Positions 59,300 through 64,000 of a stretch of 64,000 nucleotides of DNA are shown here, in pieces (within the stretch, counting starts at the first letter, position 1; every line of letters begins with the position of its first letter). The stretch is taken from the NCBI RefSeq assembly GCF_000143415.4, contig NW_003314344.1, positions 745,737 through 809,736 on the forward strand, read 5' to 3'. Below the pieces are notes generated by a model, which did not search any database, was not told the origin of the DNA, and worked only from the letters and a program-made list of their open reading frames with translations. The translations under genes were made by a program, and so were the position numbers. The DNA is from Selaginella moellendorffii (lineage: Eukaryota; Plantae; Lycopodiophyta).

Positions 59300-59930
59300 C
59301 TGGATGCTGCTTGAAGGGCTTTATCTCACTCTTGGGATCGTTCTCAATGCTTGTGCCCGGATTGAAGCTCTGGAGCGATCCACCAAAGCTTGATGCAAAG
59401 TGGAGCCCCGGCAGCATCATGTCCCTGTTCTTAAAGTTTCGAGCATTCTACAGTCTCAACCAATGCAGAAGAGCTAGGGTGATTAGATGAAGATTCACAA
59501 AAACAGAAGATTGCTGCAAAAGCAAAAGCAATCTGGGGTTCTTACACTCTTAATTACATACTTTTAGCTTTTTAATATCATAAACGTTCCTACTATGTTG
59601 GCAATAACAGGAAGAAGAGTCAATGATCCCAATCCAATTATGATGCTAGTGATGACAGGAAGAAGACTTGATAATCCCAATCCAGCTATGATGCTGATGA
59701 AATTCAGTTATAATGCTGGTGATGGTGCTGGTGGTGGTCCTGGTGCTGGTGCTAGCCCTTATGCTATTCTTTGCCCCTGTCCCCATCCCCTGTGGTGGTG
59801 GTGGTGGTGAGGATGTGGCAGTGGTGGCAATCGTGTCTCCTCATCCATGGAACCTATGGATGACGATCGTGGACACATCTCCTCACCCATAGACTCTCGG
59901 ACTAGTGAGACCAACTCTGCCATGAACTCC
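59300..59930 (-). pseudogene. Truncated paralog of the array gene family
   Basis: Reverse-complement similarity to 51540-52210 (MAELVSLVRESMGEEMCP; FASSFGGSLQSFNP). Confidence 0.75.
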
Positions 59931-62720
59931 TATTTCATGTTTGTGTTTAACATGTATATTATTATTTTTGGTAACTCTTTTCTTAGTTTTACTTGGGGTC
60001 TGGGTAGTAGTATTAGTGTTTTTAATATTTTTGAGTTTAATAAGGGTATATATAATTTTTTATTTCTAGATTAGACTTTAGTTTTCCAATAGTGCTATTT
60101 TTTTTATTGAGCAATCCTTTCTGAGTAATGTTCTTAAAATCTTAGTTATATATTTATTCATATTCCAAGTAAACACATAATAATTAAATAATGCTTCTCT
60201 AAATTAATAATAGTTAATCTTAGTAATTCTTCTTTACTTTTATATGAGTCTGGGTAGTAATATATTAGTTTTTTTACCATTTCAGGATTCTAAATTTGTT
60301 TGATCCCAAAGTAAAAATATACTTTACATATAACATCTAATTAAGAAAATTATTTTTTAGTAATTCTTCATTTACTTTTTTTTTGGAGTGTATTTTTAAT
60401 CTAATAACTATGAAAAATTATTCTTAGCAATTTTTGTTTTACTTTACTCTGGGTTGGGTATTAAGTTTCATAAAATTTTAATATTCTAAATATATTCATA
60501 TTCCCAAGTGGTGCTTTGCATATATTATCTTTATTACTAATATTTACTTACTAATTCTTCTTCACTTTGGGAATATATTAGTATGTTAAATATATAGTCT
60601 ATATTGTATAATATTGTGTATGTATATAGAGATATCAAAAGGAAAAATGCATATAAAATTATTGATTTTTGTACTCATCCAGCATTTGCTGGGCAATATG
60701 TCACATACAAAGTGTTAACTAGCATTAACACTCAACCTTTTGCAATGGAGACCCTTTGAAATTGAGAGAGTAAATTCTAAGGTTTAGTGGAGTGTTTGCT
60801 ATGACAGCAGGCCTGACTTTTGGTGCCTTCAAGTTATGATTCAAGTTTATATGTGAATCTCTTTCCCTCAATTTAGGGTTTTGTGAGCTATGGCACATGC
60901 TCTTTCTAATCCCTAGCATTGGCACTTCACATTCATCCCAAATGCACAAATTCCTATATAGCACCCTTCTTTTGTCATTGTGGCTACTGGTTTGCTACCT
61001 GTTTTGGGAATTGAGATGAGCTACAACACCACTAGAGCTATTGTTGTAAGTTGATTTTCTTGCAGTGAGATTACATTTTCTCAAATTTCTTATCATGTCA
61101 CTAATGATGGAAAGATTTTGGGAGAGTCATTGAGATTGCAAGTACTTTTTTTTTCTCTTCTTCATTTTTATTCTGTTTTGTTTTGTTTTTTTGGATTCAA
61201 GGCAAAGTTGCTTCAACAGTATGATGGTGTGATGCCTCTAGCAACATGTCTAAACCACAAGCTTGCAACAGTAGCTGTGGCAATTGGTCCTTGGCTTGAG
61301 TTCATGCTTGGATGGTGACATTCTTTGTGATTTTTCCATTGGGAGGATTATGTTGGGCAGCACATTGAAGAATTGATTGGCCTGTAGTTTCTCAGCCACT
61401 AGCATCAGAGAAGCAACTTACATGCTTCTCATTGTGGCAGATTCCCATGGTCACCAAGATGGTAAGTTTTTTACTTTCTTTACCAAGTGAATTCATAGGT
61501 GCAGAGATTGGGACATTGGGTGTTGAGTGCTAGCCAAACTCTAACAATAGGTTCTGTCTCTTGCTATAGTGATGGAAGTGTGATCAAAAAGATTTTAGGT
61601 TATCCAGATGGCAATGCATAGTGCTCTTGCTAATCTAACCAATGACAAGTTGTACCCGTGATAAATGATCAAAATCCAAAACTGCTAGAGATTTGAATTC
61701 TGTTTAATAGGTTACCCTAAGAGAGTGAATATTTATTTTTAAATGAACAGCTTTATTTTTTAATTATTTACTAATAAATTAATCAAATTTATAAACTTAT
61801 TCTATTTTATAAATGATTATAATCTTTGAATATTTTAGGTCACAATTAAATTTTATAATTTAATTTAGCAGAAATATAATAAGAAAACTGTATTCTAGAA
61901 TAATATTATTTCATAAGAATAAACTAGAATATATTAGATGGTAAACGTGGGTTGACTTAGTTTTATGAGTGTGTAGGATCATGATCAAAGCTTCAAGTGT
62001 TAATATAAGAAAATTAAAAAATTTCAACATTAGAAGTACATATTATATATTTATATGTAGCCTTAGCTATTAACAATCTAACTCATTATCAGAAAAAACT
62101 AAAACAATATATGCAGTATTTGATTAAGAAGTAGTATTTTAAATTCTTTTTTATAATTATAAGTATAGTTTATTAGTGATAATACTATGGAATTACAGTT
62201 TCTATAGCATATATATTTACAAAAACAATTGTTAGTAATTATTTTTATGACTGGATCTGGGTAGTAATATATTAATGTAAACTTATTATTTTATATTCTA
62301 AGTAAAAACCATAATTAAGTAATGTCTTGCTAATAAAAATGAAATATACTTATTCTTAGTAATTATTCTCTTCTGTTTGATAAAATCTTTATATACGCTT
62401 ATCCCAACTAAAAATATAATTTACATATAACATATTATTAATAATAGAAAATTCATTTTTACTTTTTCTAGGTCGGGTATTTTTCCAAATATATTCATAT
62501 TTCAAAATAATATTTTGTATCTATTATTTTTATTACTGGATATTTATTCTTACTTATGCCTAGGAATATATTTTGTTCTAAATATTTATATTATCAAGTT
62601 TACAAGAATTGATTTTTGTATTCACCTAATTCTTCTTTCAAAGTGAAATACACTATTTGCTTTTTGATACTATTCCAATTTAGTTTTTAATATAAAAAAA
62701 GTATTTTGTTAACTGGGCAG
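59930..62720. other. AT-rich, mostly non-coding region with dispersed imperfect repeats
   Basis: TCTGGGTAGTA(A/G)TAT recurs near 60000, 60250 and 62257. No convincing ORF. Confidence 0.5.
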
Positions 62721-62726
62721 CATATG

Positions 62727-64000
62727 CTAAAGCATTATATTTGTCATTTTCTTTCCTGGAAAAGTAGAATGGCAACAAATCCCCTGTAACCTCCACTCAT
62801 TCCCTTTGAGAGAGAATGTTTGGAGGCATGCTAAGCCCAGTGCCTCAACACAACATCTCCTACACCACAACAAGATAGCGGAAAAGTAGCTTGGCTTGTC
62901 ATCTCTCCCTCTCCACATTAATTCTTTGTTATCAGGCAATATAATAAAATGTGGAGTTTCCTCATTCCAATAATCCTTGCCATAGCCATCCAAAAATTCA
63001 TCAGCACCAGCGAGAGAGTTTTGGATTTGGGGAACAGCCCTTAGTTGATTGATTGACCTGCAAAATATGATTACACAGAAGGGCTCATTTTTTGGGTTAG
63101 AGTATATTCATGCTTATCTTCCAAAATAACATTTTGGAGTTGTGGCATGGACAGATATGCCCAAGCCGGGCATCAGGGGCTGCGCTTCTTTTGTTCAAGG
63201 CTAAGGCCAAGGGAGGTGACCATCATCAAGGCACTCATGGTGTGTTCCGCCATCTCAGGGTGAGCATGGTGGAAGCTTGCTCAATACCATGGAGGGTACC
63301 AGCGCTGCAAGGCACTCTCAACACTTGAAGCTCTTGAGTGATCCACCAAAAAGTGGTGGGAGCCCTGGCAGCGTCATGTTGTTCTTAAAGTTTCGAGCAT
63401 CCATGAGAGCTTACAGTCTCAACAAGCCAGGTGAAGATTCACAAAAACAGAAGTTCTTACACTCCTAATTACATACTTTTAATATCATAAACGCTCCTAT
63501 AAACGTTCCTACTATGTGGGCAATAACACGAAGAAGAGTTGATGATCCCAATCCAGTTATGATGTTGGTGATGACAGGAAGAAGACTCGATGATCCCAAT
63601 CCAGCTATGATGCTGATGATAACATGAAGAAGAGTCGATGATCCCAATCTAGTTATAATGCTGGTGATGGTGCTGGTGGTGGTCCTAGTCCCTATGCTAT
63701 TCTTTGTCCCCTGTGGTGGTGATGGTGGTGGTGGTGGTGGTGGTGGTGATAGTGGTGGTGGTTGTGGTGAGGATGGTGGCAATGGTGGCAATTGTGTCCC
63801 CTCACCCAGCATGCTCTCTTCAACCATGGATGGCTCCTCATCCATAGAACCCAACGATCGTGGACACATCTCCTCACGCATAGACTCCCGGACCAGCGAG
63901 ACCAACTCTGCCATAAACTCCCGGACCAACTGCAGTGGCATCGACAGTAGTGGAGGCGACAGCGGCAGAGGCAGAGGAGGAGGAGGCGGCTGCAGTGGTG
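62727..64000 (-). CDS. Least-decayed paralog of the array gene family (5' end beyond the window): Pro-rich linker, three 16-aa hydrophobic repeats, probable intron and downstream exons
   Basis: ORF 63465-63941 is uninterrupted through the Pro-rich and IIxGLGSSxLLxV repeats and ends at a GTATGT donor-like site. A further exon-like frame (DGYGKDYWNEETPHFII) follows TTTTGCAG. Could be a pseudogene. Confidence 0.45.

Overview
Nuclear DNA of a land plant with very compact genes: introns of about 45-120 nt, intergenic gaps often under 150 bp, PLS-type PPR genes and Arabidopsis-type TTTAGGG repeats. The style fits a lycophyte such as Selaginella (inference, not verified). Positions 1-27.9 kb are gene-dense: GSA, DUF2358, DUF1517/FLAP1-like, WNK kinase (with a U12-type intron), DUF868, PP2C, a 10-Cys secreted peptide plus a broken paralog, a PPR gene, P5CR and homomeric ACCase. 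From about 28.4 kb the window switches abruptly to a repeat block. Its core is an array of about 22 tandem truncated copies of an unidentified coiled-coil/Pro-rich gene, with an 8-mer higher-order repeat of about 3.59 kb. Most monomer junctions are filled with short telomeric tracts, in both orientations at the same breakpoint. Other filler includes a 64-bp 18S rRNA piece and a GC-rich foreign segment. The block is bracketed by an inverted duplication of the ACCase-3'/PWP2-3' region. It also holds a complete 5S-bearing Cassandra TRIM, a truncated Gypsy element and a partial second LTR, a decayed Copia element, a Crinkler-like NTPase/nuclease pseudogene and a PPR remnant. All calls are by eye; no database searches were run.
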